Program-made: the position numbers and the translations under genes | Shown here: one piece after another, positions 27,284 to 44,372 of the stretch | How the letters are laid out: every line of letters starts with the position of its first letter | Numbering within the stretch: position 1 is the stretch's first letter | Notes under the pieces: model-generated | Told to the model about the DNA's origin: nothing | Database searches by the model: none | The model's input: only the letters and a program-made list of their open reading frames with translations | Origin: Eledone cirrhosa | Lineage: Eukaryota | Assembly (NCBI GenBank): GCA_964016885.1 | Contig: OZ024747.1 | Coordinates: 14,694,001 to 14,758,000, forward strand | Direction of reading: 5' to 3' | Length of the DNA: 64,000 bases

Positions 27284-29389
27284 CACACATATATATTTGT
27301 GTGTCTTCATGTGTGTTAGTCTGTGTATGTATGTATATATACACACATATATATATATATATGCAATGATTGCATGTAATGTAAGTGCACTTATGCTTGT
27401 TTTGTGTTCGCAAATATATATTATATGTGTGAATCTGTATTTGTGTATGTATACTGTATATGCGGATGTATATTTATATGAGTATATATGCGTACATTTG
27501 TGTCCATGTTTGTGTATATATGTACCTGTATAGCAATATAATCTCATCTAATATATGTTATGATTAAGATATTGTCCATTGAGTTTACATACTTATATAG
27601 CTGGAAGGAACTTTCAGCTTATTTTCTTCTTACAAAGGACCGACTGAATTTGATTAATGATCTGTGTACAAAGAGTGTAAGAGATGGCATCCATCCGATG
27701 AAGATATCTTAATTTTGGTTTATAAAATGAACAACAAATAATATGTGTGAAGTAAAAAGCCAAGGTAGAAATACATAAACAAAATCATTGGCAAAGAAAA
27801 GAAAATTGTATTAAATGGAGTTTAAAAAGCCGAGATGTTACTAATGGACGAGCTAAATCAAAAGGAAATCAGTCTCAACAGGGTTCCTTTATGATACGGT
27901 GTAGAGGTGCCTCACCAAAAGACGAAATATCTTTGTTATAAACAACAGGTAAGCCATATTCACATCTAACCTGAAGCTGCTTAGTTGTGTTCTTTTCAAT
28001 GCTTACTGAGAAGCTGCATGTACAAGGATTGTATTACGAATGCCAAGCCAAACTACAAACACAGAAACAAACCATTTAGGAAACGATACAAAAACTTGCA
28101 ACAAAATCGTACATATAAATAATATAATATATATAATATAAGACGAAAACAAGATAAAGAGAGAAACAAAATAATTGCTAAGCTGGTTCATATAGCCGCC
28201 TGTCCTCCACAGCAGGTTACCTGTCATGTATTTGTAAATCTTTGCATCTCTCTCAATGATAACGAAAGACAAGCTCATACTTTCCTTTCTCTTTTCATTT
28301 TTTTTAGTTATCATTTCTATTTGTTTGTGTTTCGCTGTTTTAGTTTATTATTTGCCAACCAGCGTCGTTGAAGATTCATCGGTTTGTTTGTAATAATAAT
28401 ATAGCTTTCCCCTCATCTTTAATTCAAATGCTGAAAGGCGTTCGCTGACTTATTCTTTTTAGAGTATAGAATACGAACAAAAGTAAAGAACAAACAAACA
28501 GACGTTGTCAAAATTTGGGGAGCTATAGTGAAAAACACAAACAAAAAACAACAAAATAAAGGAAAACAAACAAAAAAAGCAACTGCAGCAAAGAGAGTGT
28601 GAGAGAATTGGAATGATATTGAAAGAGAGTAAAATAGATGAAAGAGGGGAGAGTTAAATATAAAGGAAATTATATCTTACGCATGGCAGATGGAAAGAAA
28701 AGAAAAGAAAACAAAACACAAAACATCACAAAAGAATATTTGAAAATAAGGACCTCACATTTTCTCAATCGTTCCATATTCATTTCCTTCTATGATAACC
28801 TGGATAAATTATTTCTTTTATATGAAAGAGCTCACTTATTCAGAATGTGAGATCATTGAAGTTGTTTTCGAAATATATTTAATATTCTTGATAATAGCAT
28901 TCTTAAAACATATGAACAGATAATATATATTTTTTAATATAATGTTGCTGTCAACGTTTACAAAACTAAAGAGCTATTTCATTTATAAATTCGTTTGCGA
29001 ATTCATTTATAAAATTATTTAACACCGATGTTCGCTTATGATATGACCGTTCAAATAGCTTTATAGAAATTAATCATATTTTATTATTTCATTGACTGTG
29101 TGTGTGTGTCGTACTCGACAACAGTTCGAGTGGCAACCGAGCCAACTAAGGTTCGAATCCTGGAATCTTTCTGTGGTACGTCATATTTTGTTTACATAAT
29201 TTATTACAAAGTTGCGTCTTAGAATACTTGACTTACACAGCATGGGGGAGTTTGAAATCTGACAATGTATTCGCTACAATGCAGATAACTTTGAATACAT
29301 CGCTATTTCAGAGCATCAATCCTAATACTTGATTTTTGCTGGATCGGCAATTGCTCTGTATAATCAGCTCCTGATTATTACTGGAATTC

Positions 29390-29746
<357 letters not shown>

Positions 29747-29807
29747 TATATACATATATATATACATATATATATACATATATATATATATATACATATA
29801 TATATAC

Positions 29808-29872
<65 letters not shown>

Positions 29873-30147
29873 GTTTCTGAATTTGTTTAGCAAGATTCTT
29901 TATCTGAAATCGTGTGTTGAAACCGATATTGTTATACTTTGGGAGGGTCATGTTGCCAATAAGAAACACACGCACCAGCTGATTTCACTTCAATTTATTA
30001 TATATTTATAAATTTATAAATTTACAAATCTACAAACTTATAAATTTCTGGTTGGTTGGTTGGTTCCACAACCAGATAGTTGTTTATATATAGTCATAGT
30101 CCTTTCGGCACACACTCTGTGACCTCTTCAGAACCCTTAAGGAACAT

Positions 30148-31446
30148 ATGTTCAAATTTAATGGTAAAACATATGCCCAAGAGGAAGGAGCAGCCATTGG
30201 TGTTAGCATTGCAGGCGACATAGCTAACTTATTCATGGTATGGTGGGACTGTAGACTTAAACAAAAACTTAAAGAACAATTAGAAGACAGCTTAACCCTG
30301 ATAATGTACTCCCGCTACGTAGATGATATAAACATCGTAGTTAAGACACCCCCACTAAAGAACAGTCAGGAACTAGAGAAAAACACAATGGAAAGCATCC
30401 AGCAAATAGCAAACTCCATCCACCAGAGCATTAGAGTTACTATAGACTACCCAAGTAGACACCCCAACCATCGATTACCTGTACTAGACACAGAGCTCTG
30501 GTTAGATACCATTAACAACCAAAAACAAATCCTCCATTCCCATTATGCCAAACCCATGACTTCCAAACATCTGATCCACCGAAACTCGGCCATTTCGGAC
30601 CATACCAAAATCAACATACTGATTGCGGATTTGGTACGGGTGATGAGAAATGTGTCCCGCATGTGCAACCCCGAAGAACTAGAGAGACACATACAACACT
30701 TCATCCACCGTATGCAGTTCTCTGGCTACAATCAGAGAGATAGAATCAGAGTGTATAAAGGAGCCAGAACCAAATGGGAAAAAATGGTAAATAATGACAT
30801 AAATGGGACCTGCCCCTTGTATAAGAGCAAATTTTGGAATAGAATAGAAAGAACTAGGAACAAGGCCAATAGAATAAACTCATGGTATGATAGCAATAAA
30901 TACCAGAGTGTAATGTTCATCAATACAACCCCTAGAGGCGAACTAGCCTACAAATTTAGAAGGGCCCTAAATAAACATAAACTCAATATTAAGATAGTAG
31001 AAAGACCAGGTACCTCCGTAAAAACACTTATTAGCAAGACATACCCGTTCCAAAGACCCTCATGTATAGATAAGAAATGTATAACCTGTAAAATAAGCCC
31101 CCATATTAACTGTAAAACTAGAAATGTAGTGTATAGCATAAGATGTACTGAAGGACAATGTAGAAACAAAAATATAGTGTACATAGGTGAGACAGCTCGT
31201 AGTATAGGGGAACGAATAAATGAACACTGGCGAGACCTTCAAGATAATAAAGAATCATCTGTGCTCTACCAACATGCTAAGATAGAACACAGGGGTAGGT
31301 TAGAGAACATAGAAATAAAAATAGAATCCACACACAGAAAAGATGCAATGTTTAGGCAAATTACAGAGGCAGTAAGCATAAAAGAATTACAACCAAAATT
31401 AAATAGAAAATATGAGTGGAACAGCAACATCACAACTTACAATTAA
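30148..31446 (+). CDS. PLE polyprotein, C-terminal part: RT motifs B-C and thumb, Cys-rich linker, GIY-YIG endonuclease (N-terminally truncated)
   Basis: FKFNGKTYAQEEGAAIG..IANLFM, YSRYVDD, LPVLD, linker C-x4-C-x2-C-x7-C, NVVYSIRC..C..VYIGETAR..ERINEH..QH..EH..RQITEAVSI..LN. 432 aa with no stops. The frame is open back to the inversion junction, so the listed Met is internal. Confidence 0.93.
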   Translation: MFKFNGKTYAQEEGAAIGVSIAGDIANLFMVWWDCRLKQKLKEQLEDSLTLIMYSRYVDDINIVVKTPPLKNSQELEKNTMESIQQIANSIHQSIRVTIDYPSRHPNHRLPVLDTELWLDTINNQKQILHSHYAKPMTSKHLIHRNSAISDHTKINILIADLVRVMRNVSRMCNPEELERHIQHFIHRMQFSGYNQRDRIRVYKGARTKWEKMVNNDINGTCPLYKSKFWNRIERTRNKANRINSWYDSNKYQSVMFINTTPRGELAYKFRRALNKHKLNIKIVERPGTSVKTLISKTYPFQRPSCIDKKCITCKISPHINCKTRNVVYSIRCTEGQCRNKNIVYIGETARSIGERINEHWRDLQDNKESSVLYQHAKIEHRGRLENIEIKIESTHRKDAMFRQITEAVSIKELQPKLNRKYEWNSNITTYN

Positions 31447-31675
31447 GGACAAAATGAAAACACACACAGGACAAAATGAAAACACACACACACATAGAAC
31501 AAACAACCAACCAACAATAAATAAATAAATAAATAAACAAATAGATAAATGAACACAAACACACACAGACACCCGGATGTGGCGCATGCGCAAACTGAGG
31601 ACACAACACACACACAGAAACAAAATGGCGTAGGATAGAAGAAAGGAAAGGCACAGAAACAAAGAAAGGAATCCC

Positions 31676-31721
31676 CAGTGACTGAAGAGGTCACAGAGTG
31701 TGTGACGAAAGGACTATGACT
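31676..31721 (+). ncRNA. Minimal type I hammerhead ribozyme motif in PLE pLTR
   Basis: CAGTGA-CTGAAGA-G-GTCACA-GAGTG-TGTGAC-GAAA-GGAC-TA-TGACT. Both core boxes are present, with a 6-bp stem II and 2-bp stem III. Stem I pairs fully (GTCA/TGAC) in the 9290 copy. Confidence 0.7.
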
Positions 31722-31883
31722 ATATATAAACAACTATCTGGTTGTGGAACCAACCAACCAACCAGAAATGTATAAGTTTGTAGATTTGTAAATTTATAAA
31801 TTTATAAATATATAATAAATTGAAGTGAAAGCAACTGGTGCGTGTGTTTCTTATTGGCAACATGACCCTCCCAAAGTATAACA

Positions 31884-33094
<1,211 letters not shown>

Positions 33095-33098
<4 letters not shown>

Positions 33099-33305
33099 GA
33101 ACGAGTAGGACCCTGACGGCTGAGCTCAAGCCGTTTCGACGGCTAATTCTGGACTAAAATGATTTTAGTCCAGAATTAGCCGTCGAAACGGCTTGAGCTC
33201 AGCCGTCGGGGTCCTACTCGTTCCTATTACCCACTCTACTACCCTAAGTATTGAGTACTTTGGTGCGTTATGGTCCACATGGTTCCTTACCACATTTCCT
33301 TCGTT
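33095..33305. mobile_element. Family B hairpin insert, copy 3
   Basis: Same termini with a longer centre GGACTAAAAT-G-ATTTTAGTCC. Perfect stem III ACGGCT/AGCCGT-C. Confidence 0.85.
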
Positions 33306-33663
33306 ATATATATATATATTATTCGTCATTTTGTTACTTGAAGGAAAGATATGCATGAAAACTTCCACCTCATCGATAACATAACTTTCTGTACAATTAC
33401 TCCTTGCTGTAAGGTGCATATTTGAAAGAAATTGTATGATTATTCACAAAGTGTAGATATTAAAATAGTTTTGTAACTATATATTTCTCTCTCTGTCCCC
33501 CTCTCTCTTTCTCTCTCTTTGACACTCACACACACATGTAAAACTGTTTAGGAGTTTTAGTTTCGTATATATGGTATTTTATTGATATTTCTAAACCTCA
33601 CCATACGTTTATAATTGTATATTTACACTTTATATGATTGAACTTTTCATTTTTCAAATAAAC

Positions 33664-33717
<54 letters not shown>

Positions 33718-33720
33718 ATA

Positions 33721-33757
<37 letters not shown>

Positions 33758-34579
33758 ATATATATATATCTATAAATATATGTACATAAATATATACACA
33801 CACAGTTCGCCACTACAGAACTTATCAGAATGTTATCATTCTTCTCTTCCTTTTTCTCTCTCACACACCTTTGCTGTGTATATATGTGTATACATATGTG
33901 TGAGTACGTGATTGTGTAAGTATGTACGTTTGTCCTATTCTCTCAATTTTTTTTTAGAAATGATTATTCTACCATTTCTTCTGATTATATCTAAATGTTT
34001 GTATGTTTATTTGTTCGTATGATATACACAACTATTGCAGCTTTTCAATACTGGCCAATCACACTCTTAACGGAAAATTTAATCTTAGCCTACGGCTATG
34101 ATCCTCTACAGCAATCCTCTTGACCTTTCTTTAAAAAGCCGTTCGAAGAACGAACTACACAAATAATTAGTTTGTTAAATGTGGCCGGCGTATTTTTCTC
34201 GGCCCCAACACTCCGCTCGATAAATTTATTTTTTCGCGTTATTTATTTTCATATGTTGTTATTGAGATTATTTTTGTTATCATTATATAACAGATTTCAA
34301 AGATTAAAGTAGCAATAAAATTGTTTTTCTTATAAGTTTCCTTTCTATTTTTTCCATACTCTCAGTAAACAGTCAATACATTTTTCTTTGTCGTATTAAA
34401 TTGTTTAATGTAACATTATTTTTTATTTTACAGTAAAAATGTTATTTGTAAACGAACAAGGTTTCTGCCAAATTACAATCCGTAACGTAAATATTAGTTT
34501 TCGCAAGGCTATTCTAAGAACTTTTTCTAATCTTTTAAATATCAGTCTGTTTAGTATTAACTAAAAGTAATATTAATAA

Positions 34580-34740
34580 TTCTTTCTAATTTAGCCACAA
34601 GGCCTGTAATTTGATGAAAGGAAATTCTAATATATCGACCCCAGCATTTAACTGGTATTTTATTTTATAGACCCGGGAGAGATGAAATGTAAAGTTGATC
34701 AAAGAGGGGTTTAAACAAAGAGCAGAGATGTACGGATTTT
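34580..34740 (-). mobile_element. SINE family 1, degenerate
   Basis: CACAAGGCCTGTAATTT..ATCGACCCCAGCATTTAACTGGTATTTTATTTTATAGACCCG. Confidence 0.7.
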
Positions 34741-34829
34741 CAGCGATACGTCTCACAGTTGTTCGGGATGATTGGCGTATCAGATTTCAGAACTTCAGTG
34801 CCTATTTCGAGGGCTTGCTTCGACTCTCG

Positions 34830-36150
34830 TCTACGGAGGCGCAGTGCTGCGAAAGTCTAATAAAACCTCCCAAATACAGGCGGCAATAGCTAATTGATAA
34901 TCGCCTGGTTTTGATGGTCCGCCATTAGAGCTTTACAGTTACATGCCAGGTTTGTTCGGCGAAATGTTAGTCTACGTGTACACGAACTGACAGTAGAACG
35001 GAGGAAATCTTAGTTATTTAAGCCTAGGGGTTGTGGCGCAGCTGCGAAAACCCTGCTGAATGCAGATATTGTAGAAGGTGTTGACAAAGAGGTTGGCAAT
35101 TGTCGTCAACGGTCTGCTTGGTGAAGTGCAGACATTCGTCATCCCAAAAGGCTAATCCTCGAAAACCTCCATCTTATGCGATATATCATAGAACCTGAAA
35201 AAATTGGGGTACGGGTCAAGGGAAAGGTTTCAATAGGTTCGATCATCGATATCTGCCGCTGACCTGTGGTTGGTCGGTTTCGTTACTATCTTCAAGAGAT
35301 GTATCGTTGCATTGTACAATAACATACAGAATGAATGACCACCTATAGATGCCGTTCAGTATCGTGCGCTGGCTTCGTCGCGGATGCCCTTTCTCATCTC
35401 TGTTGTCCTTCCTGATTCTTGAGCTATTGCTGCTAAAGCTATAGTCGCTAAGGTGCATCCCTGGTAAACTAAGATGCGAGAAATCTGTGTGAACGATGTC
35501 GACGACGTCACACATGTGGTCTCGAGCGCGAAACACACCGAAGTGATCGGCACCGAGTAAGAGTGCTTGGCAACTTAAATATCGTCATGGATCGGGAGCG
35601 TTCAACCCGTTGGTAGAGGATTAGAGCCGGCGAAAATTGACAACGTTTATGGTAAGAATTCTGGGAGTTGAAGATAATCAAGTAATTGCTCTTTTCCGGA
35701 GAACTCTCAATCCGGGGCCAATAGATAACTGCAGAAATCCCTGGTAACATTGCTGATTCTAAAAAAGCTATAAAAATGTTCGGAAGAGCTCTCTGTCAAG
35801 CCGGACTGAGAAATCACAGAGCTCGGAATTCTTTGTACACTCACTCATCTGAGCATTGCTGACTTCAGCTCCCCAATAATTATTTCAAGTTTCATTTGAA
35901 GGAGAAAATCAGGAAGAAGAGAGAGGTGCTGGCTTACAGTTATTTTGTTGCACCATGGAAAAGAGTAGTGCGCATGGTTCACGTGAACAGGTCTGTAAAT
36001 CAAAGCAAAAGAACTGGGAGAAGGCATTCGCCTGATGAGTCCGGGGAAACTTGGTGTTTTATGGGGTTTTTCTATGAACGTCCCTCGGAATTTTCCTCCC
36101 TATTGACGAATTTAATTTGTTATAATTTTATTATTACTTTTGTTGCTTTT
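34830..36150 (+). mobile_element. Decayed L1/Tx1-type LINE
   Basis: GC-richer block. C-terminal remnant YFKFHLKEKIRKKREVL..F..PWKRVVRMVHVN and VRILGV. A T-rich 3' UTR follows. Confidence 0.5.
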
Positions 36151-37429
36151 ATTATCTCTCCTAGTTTCACGCAAATTCCACACACGCACACTCATACGTG
36201 TTTCGTATTTCATCCCTTAGGCTGTAAAAAAACAACACATTCACCAAGCATACTGGGTGTAGCTGCATATCTACGTGCAGACGATCCAACCATGCAACGT
36301 ATGTCATGCTACATATTAGCTGTAGAGCTTAGGAGCGGCCTGACATTCGCCTACACACATTTATACGCTTCGTCTTCTGTCTGTTCATGCAACCTCATTA
36401 AAAATGTATGACAAAAAGTAGAAAATTGATGCATTTGTCGTCAATAAAGAAGTTCTTTTATTGTGCAACAGTAAATAAATATTTTAAATAATAAAAATAA
36501 ATAGCCAATTTGATTTTACGCAGATTAGTATAGATTTATACCGAACCTTGGAAATCTTCTATTACGGTTAAATTCTTCACCAAAATATTTATATGCCAGC
36601 ATTGTTCCTGGAATATTTGATGTGGACGTAAAACGTCAGAAAATAAGTTCAACTCCACAATGTTATATAACAGATTTACGGTCTTTCATTAGATACATTT
36701 ATTTTTTTCTTCTCTCTACCAAATCGGTTCTTAATCATTTACGGATTAATTTCAGGATCGCATAGAAATGATGTCCATTAAATTCTGTTTGCTATGGTCA
36801 GAGAAATCCTATAGATTCAAAGTTCTTAGTATTAATAGAGTTTATCATTGGAAATAATTCATTTCTTGTTTACAAATATATCCTTTCGGAGTGTTTACAT
36901 TGGCGCTGGAGTGAAGTAAATCATAGTCTTTCTGTTCTCAAAGAAACTTATTTGGTTCCAAAGCTATTTCCAAATAGTCTATTGCCAGTATTGAAATAGC
37001 TACAAAAGCACTTCTGGTCACCTGAAAAGTACTATCATAATTCGCTATAAGAATGACTTGGTGCAATTCGTAGCCATCAGACGTGAGTGCTTCATCTTAA
37101 TCTTTTAAATGAAAATAGTCAATATAGTAATTTCCCATCAAATCCCAAATCCCCAAATGTCTATGACGTTTTCTTTGCCATTTTGGAAGAGAGGAAATAA
37201 AAGATGCAGGATAAAAGAAACATTCAAATTAATATAAAAAAGACGGAAAATGGAATGTGAACTAAGAAAAGCAAAAGAATAAACATACACTATAATAAAG
37301 ACAAACATTTACAAATATTGACCAAATACTCACGTTTATGTATATGTAATAGGCTAAATATATACACACACATTATACCCCATGTGTGTGAGTGAGTTTG
37401 TGAGTTTCATATATATATGTGCATGTGTG

Positions 37430-37461
<32 letters not shown>

Positions 37462-37725
37462 TGCACAGACGCACACACATACACAAACACACACATGTAC
37501 ACACATACATACACAAACACACACATATATATATGTGTGTATATATATGTATATATGTATGTACATATATATATTCCTTTGTGAATATGCTATATCAATA
37601 TCTCTCCATCAATCAATCTCTCTATCAATCAATCTATCTATCTATATATCTATACACACATATACACACATACATACATTCATACCCACCACACATATAT
37701 ATATAAAGAGAGAAAGTATAGTAGG

Positions 37726-37759
<34 letters not shown>

Positions 37760-39229
37760 TAGATAGGCAGATAGAGAGATGTTTTTCTGTGTGTATATCT
37801 GTATGAGCAAATATAGTCATGTATATATTCATGTGTGTATACGAGAGCCTGTAAAATATAATTGCTTATTCCACAAAAAAAAAAAAAAAGATGTTTACTA
37901 CACAATTTCAACACATAGAAGATGAATAGAAAGAAAGACCAACAAGAAATCTCATTCAAGAGAAATAGAGAAAAGATAATAAAACATTTATTATTATTCT
38001 TCCGCTAATACTTAATCACATTGTGGGATAAAATCTATAAGATGACAACATGAAGGCCCTTTGGAGGTTACAGAAACAAGTACGGAAGACAGTGAAGAAG
38101 AAAAATAAACTATTCCACAAAGGCTGAATGGAATCTCCCCGTTTCTTTCCCTCATTTTCTCTGTTCGGTGAAAGCTTTAGGAGTAATTGGGTGATGGTGG
38201 CGGTGGACCGTTTGTGACCAGCTATGAAGATTTTTAATATTGGAGTAATATGCGATAATACGGTCGGATCAAGCTTCAGAAGCCAGCGTTCGTACGAGTG
38301 TGGCACGAAATTAAGCCAATGCCAGGGTAGAAAGATTTGTATTTAGATCAAGTAGTTGCAATCTCTCGCAATATTACACTGAAGGCCTTGCAACTGAATG
38401 TTATTAGAGCAATTTATTTAATTAGCAAAGTAATTTCTGGTGTTATCTTTGCCAAGATTTCAGGTAAAAGCTTTTGGTCTCTCCTGATTCTTCCTTATAT
38501 TATTTCCCCTATCTCACATTGACATTCTGAACTATAGCTACTTTTCTCCCCTCTTTGATGTGTATCCCTCTTTCTCCATAGTTGATATAAATCTTCTTTT
38601 ATTTTCTCATTTAGTAATGCTTTTCAGTTTTCTTTCATTCTCTTTATTTCTTTTCTTACTTTCCCTCTAACGTTTTTCTCTAGTCCTTCTTATCTCCTAT
38701 CATTTACTTTTTGTTCAATTTAATTTTCTAACATTTTCTTTTATTCCCTTAACAATACTTTCGTTTTATTTGTCTTTCTCACAGTTTCCTGATAACAAAG
38801 AGTTTTAGAAGGGTAAACAAATAAATACTGGAATCAGAAATTGAGTGAGGCGGCGACGGACTGCAACAGTAAAAATGCGATGATAAAAATGCCAAATTGT
38901 GGAGACAGGATTAGGAAAGTGAAAGAGAAAATGCCAGTAAATGATACAACGTGAAAGTGAGAGAGGGGAAGAAAAAAGAAAGAGAAAAAAGGAGAGAGAG
39001 TGTGCGATAAGGAGAGAATTGGTTAGATAGAGAGTGTTACGGAGTTTCATGGATTGAGATGAACAGACTAAAGATATAATCACTCACCTATACGTATAGC
39101 TTTCTGGTAATCTAATTTATTGTGCATTATGCATAGTTTCTGTATTTATTTATACATCTGGTCGTCGAGGGACCTTCTCATGCAGCCACACACACACAAA
39201 CTCACAGACACACACACGCACGGACACAG

Positions 39230-39311
<82 letters not shown>

Positions 39312-39731
39312 CAATATATATATATATTCAGAGATATGTATATGATTGTATATATACAACTAAGCAACAGTGTTCTTTTTCGACAAATAGAGGGAACGAA
39401 GATAATAACAACAGCGTAACTGCAGAAAAGATGAAGGCAAAGGCGATGTAAAAGAAAGAAGAAAACTGACATGTTTTGAATGAGAGAGAAAAGAAGGAAA
39501 ATTGAAAGGAAAAAAGTGAAAGAAAAAGTCAGAAAGAACAAATAAAAGAACAATTAAATGAAAGAAAGAACGATATAAAAAGATCGAATGTAGTAAAGAG
39601 ATGGAAAACGTGAGTTAGCTTTGGATGGCTGAACGGATAAGAAAACAACGAATGAATAGGAGAGTAAAAGCTGACTGATGGCTAATAGGAAAAGATAATA
39701 TTTATTCATTGTATTAAACAAACAGAATATC

Positions 39732-39926
39732 TTGATGTGTGCTTCCATTAGAACAGAACAAGCGACTTGCCGTGAATCTTGCAGAGAGGTTAAGGAGAAT
39801 GGTTACATATATTTTGGGTCACTCCTAGAATTAACAATTGCAAAACGTACAGAATCCGAAGTAGCAATAGAAGTTAGCAAGAGAACGATTTCTGTTAATG
39901 ATTGTCAAGATATAGTTTGGTTATAG
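39732..39926 (+). mobile_element. Old RTE RT-thumb remnant
   Basis: YIYFGSLL..ESEVAIEVSKRT....DIVW resembles F.YLGS...D.EV..RI.KA...L...VW. Confidence 0.35.
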
Positions 39927-42544
39927 AAATTTCGATTTATGTATGTATGTTGTTATGTATGTATGTATGTCAACGAAGTTAAGGAGTATCAACTGAATAC
40001 ATAACAAATATTTCTTTATATATTACTTTAGCATACTTGTTTAATTAGTATCGGAAATTAGACCTTGAAAATATAGAAACATAGCTAGTTAATTCTTTAA
40101 ATAAAAACAAAATGTTTATTTTAATGTTTATCTTCGAAGGAATAAAGGCATTTAACATTGTCTCTACTGGCATTCACTGAGAAGTAAGAGCAAATGGATG
40201 ATGAAGCTAATATTGCTAGCATTTAGCACTATTGTAAACAGAAGGATTAATAGATTAAACGTAAAGAGTTGAATTCAGATAAAGACAAGGAAATAATGAT
40301 TTAGTGAAGTATAGGTTTCAATGTCTTCTGAATATTCTGTTATGATATTACTGTATTTATGATCGATAGCATTAACATTTATTTTCCTCCATTTGCTAAT
40401 ATGTACAATATGAGACAGTCGGTTTGATGTTGCGTGCAGTTGTAATGCTTTAGAGTATACAAAATATGTTGCATTACCTTCAGCTGTAAGGGGATTGGTT
40501 TTCACCATGAGGAATTGCACTAGATACACCATATAAAAGAAACTTCTCATTAGTGTTCATACTTGTTAGTTTAAATGAATTTATTCGATTGGAAGTGACA
40601 TATTAAACTTAGGATATGAAATAAGCACAGATTTAAACAGAAAAATATATATAATGTGATTGCTGTTTCCGCATTCATAGAAGGATTTGTACGATATCAA
40701 CAAAACCGAGGGTTTGTACTACAAACAAAAGCTGCACTCTAACATTTGAAATTATAGAGAGTGACGTTAAATTCAATCGAATAATTCGGCTGGCTTTTGA
40801 CTTCAGCAAATGAAGCATAGTAATCATATAAGTATAGGTTATCGTATGTTAGAATCTCATTAGATATATTAGTGGAACCTCTATCATGAAACTTTGATAA
40901 ATATAGAAAATATCAACACAGACTATTTTAAGAGGGAATACGGTTAATTCCAGAAGGCAAGTTTAATTATTTCGGTTACAATTATTTATCTTTCTCACTT
41001 TCCTAGAGGGAATTAAGGAAATAATTATGTATTACTAGATATAGGCAATATGTATGTTGATTTACCATTTATTGCAGGGTTACCCGATTATAATATGCAG
41101 TCAATACGAGTTTACATCTTATTTGAAAGTGTCACATTCTAGTTAGCAAAATTACATAAAAGCCCATTATATCAACCCAGTAAGTAAATTGGAATCATTC
41201 TATGGTAAGTATTACATCATAAAACTGAAACGTGTCCCACTAACAGGCAGTACAAATTACACATTTCATAGATCGGGAGGCGATTTTAGGTAGGTTAGTA
41301 TCAAAGAGTTAAACATAAATGTTTATAAGCGTCATATACAAGGATACAAAATAAAACTGTCAATGGATAAGTCCTTGCAAGAGAGCGTATTGTTTTTGCC
41401 TTTAGATAAAGATCAGTCGTGGTTGTGCATTATTACCTCCTTTTAACTTGGACTAAATTGTCTATATATACTTTACATCCTTTTAACTTGGTATAAATTG
41501 TCTCTCTATATACTATTACAAATGTTATAGCGCTGAGAGGAACATAACTCTGCTTACTGACATGCAACATTGTGTGGGTGTAAGAATTTGTGTAAAAATG
41601 ATACGAGAGTTAAACCTCGACCAGTGTAACACTTTAGAATATTAAGTTGATGACAGTAAAATTTAGAAACTCTTTCTTTTTTATAAATATACATATCTCA
41701 GTATGGTTAAATGTATGGTTAACCGTTGAAAATAAGACTGCTAATAATGACTAATTTAAAAACTCTTGTTCCCGCCATCATAATCATGTTTGTTAGTTCA
41801 ACGAAATATGCTGTCTTATTAGGATTTAGTGAATGATTATATTGCCATAGAATAAAGATAGTATAAAAATTAATAAAACAGAAGTATATGTGTGGTGGGA
41901 CGTGTCAGAAACCGGGAGTAACAGTGGGTGGAAATTACTGTTTAACCACCAAGCCCACCTAGATAGACTACAACAAATATGACTGACATTTCAGCCATGG
42001 TAATTTTTTTTATTTTGTGTCTACTTGTGATAGCGATTTATCTCGATAGAGGGTGATTTGGGGAGATTTGTTGCTATCTTTATCAGCACGTATGAATACA
42101 CAGAAAACGTTTCTATTAGTTAGGTTTACCTTACAGAAAGTGAAATTAATATGGTTAAATGACAATGTGTAATACAGGGAAAGGTAGAAGTATTATGATG
42201 AAAAATAGAGATTGTGATATGTTGTCAATTGTAAAAATGTGGATGTAAGTGTAGAGGCTGACTAGAAATCTGGTTAATATACGCCTTTGTAGAATGAGGC
42301 ACAGACTACTTCAGAATAGAATTGTGGTTTGTAATAGTCCTTTCTTTTTTATATATAGATAATTGATATGAAATGATTAGTAGAATTATTCCGAAACAAT
42401 TCATTCATATTTAATCATTTCCAATGAAAAGAATATATTAAGATTGAAGAATAAAACGTCTATGCACATCGTATATATATGCATATATATATATATATTG
42501 TTTGAATATACACACATACACACTCACATATATATATATATACG

Positions 42545-42616
<72 letters not shown>

Positions 42617-42653
42617 CACACACATACACACTCACATATATATATATATACAT

Positions 42654-42689
<36 letters not shown>

Positions 42690-42711
42690 TGAATATACAC
42701 ACATACACACT

Positions 42712-44134
<1,423 letters not shown>

Positions 44135-44285
44135 TATATATATATATATATATATATATTCATTTATATATATATATATATTCATATATATATATATATA
44201 TATATTCATTTATATATATATATATATATATATATTCATATATATATATATATATTCATTTATATATATAAATATATATATATCC

Positions 44286-44372
<87 letters not shown>

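Larger units (their letters stand above)
29869..31887 (+). mobile_element. Penelope-like retroelement (family A), 5'-truncated, with inverted pseudo-LTR, inserted in (TA)n
   Basis: RT plus GIY-YIG ORF. 206-bp inverted repeat 29926-30131 / 31682-31887 with about 4 mismatches by eye. 57-nt extra tail on the inverted arm. Long (TA)n on both sides. Confidence 0.95.

Noticed and set aside
29110-29170. GGTTCGAATCC B-box suggesting a tRNA gene
   Set aside because: No cloverleaf or acceptor stem could be built. More likely a decayed SINE head.
30148-31446. Naiad-type selenocysteine recoding or a host telomerase/GIY-YIG gene
   Set aside because: No in-frame TGA, the endonuclease is C-terminal, and the intronless truncated ORF with pLTRs indicates an ordinary PLE copy.
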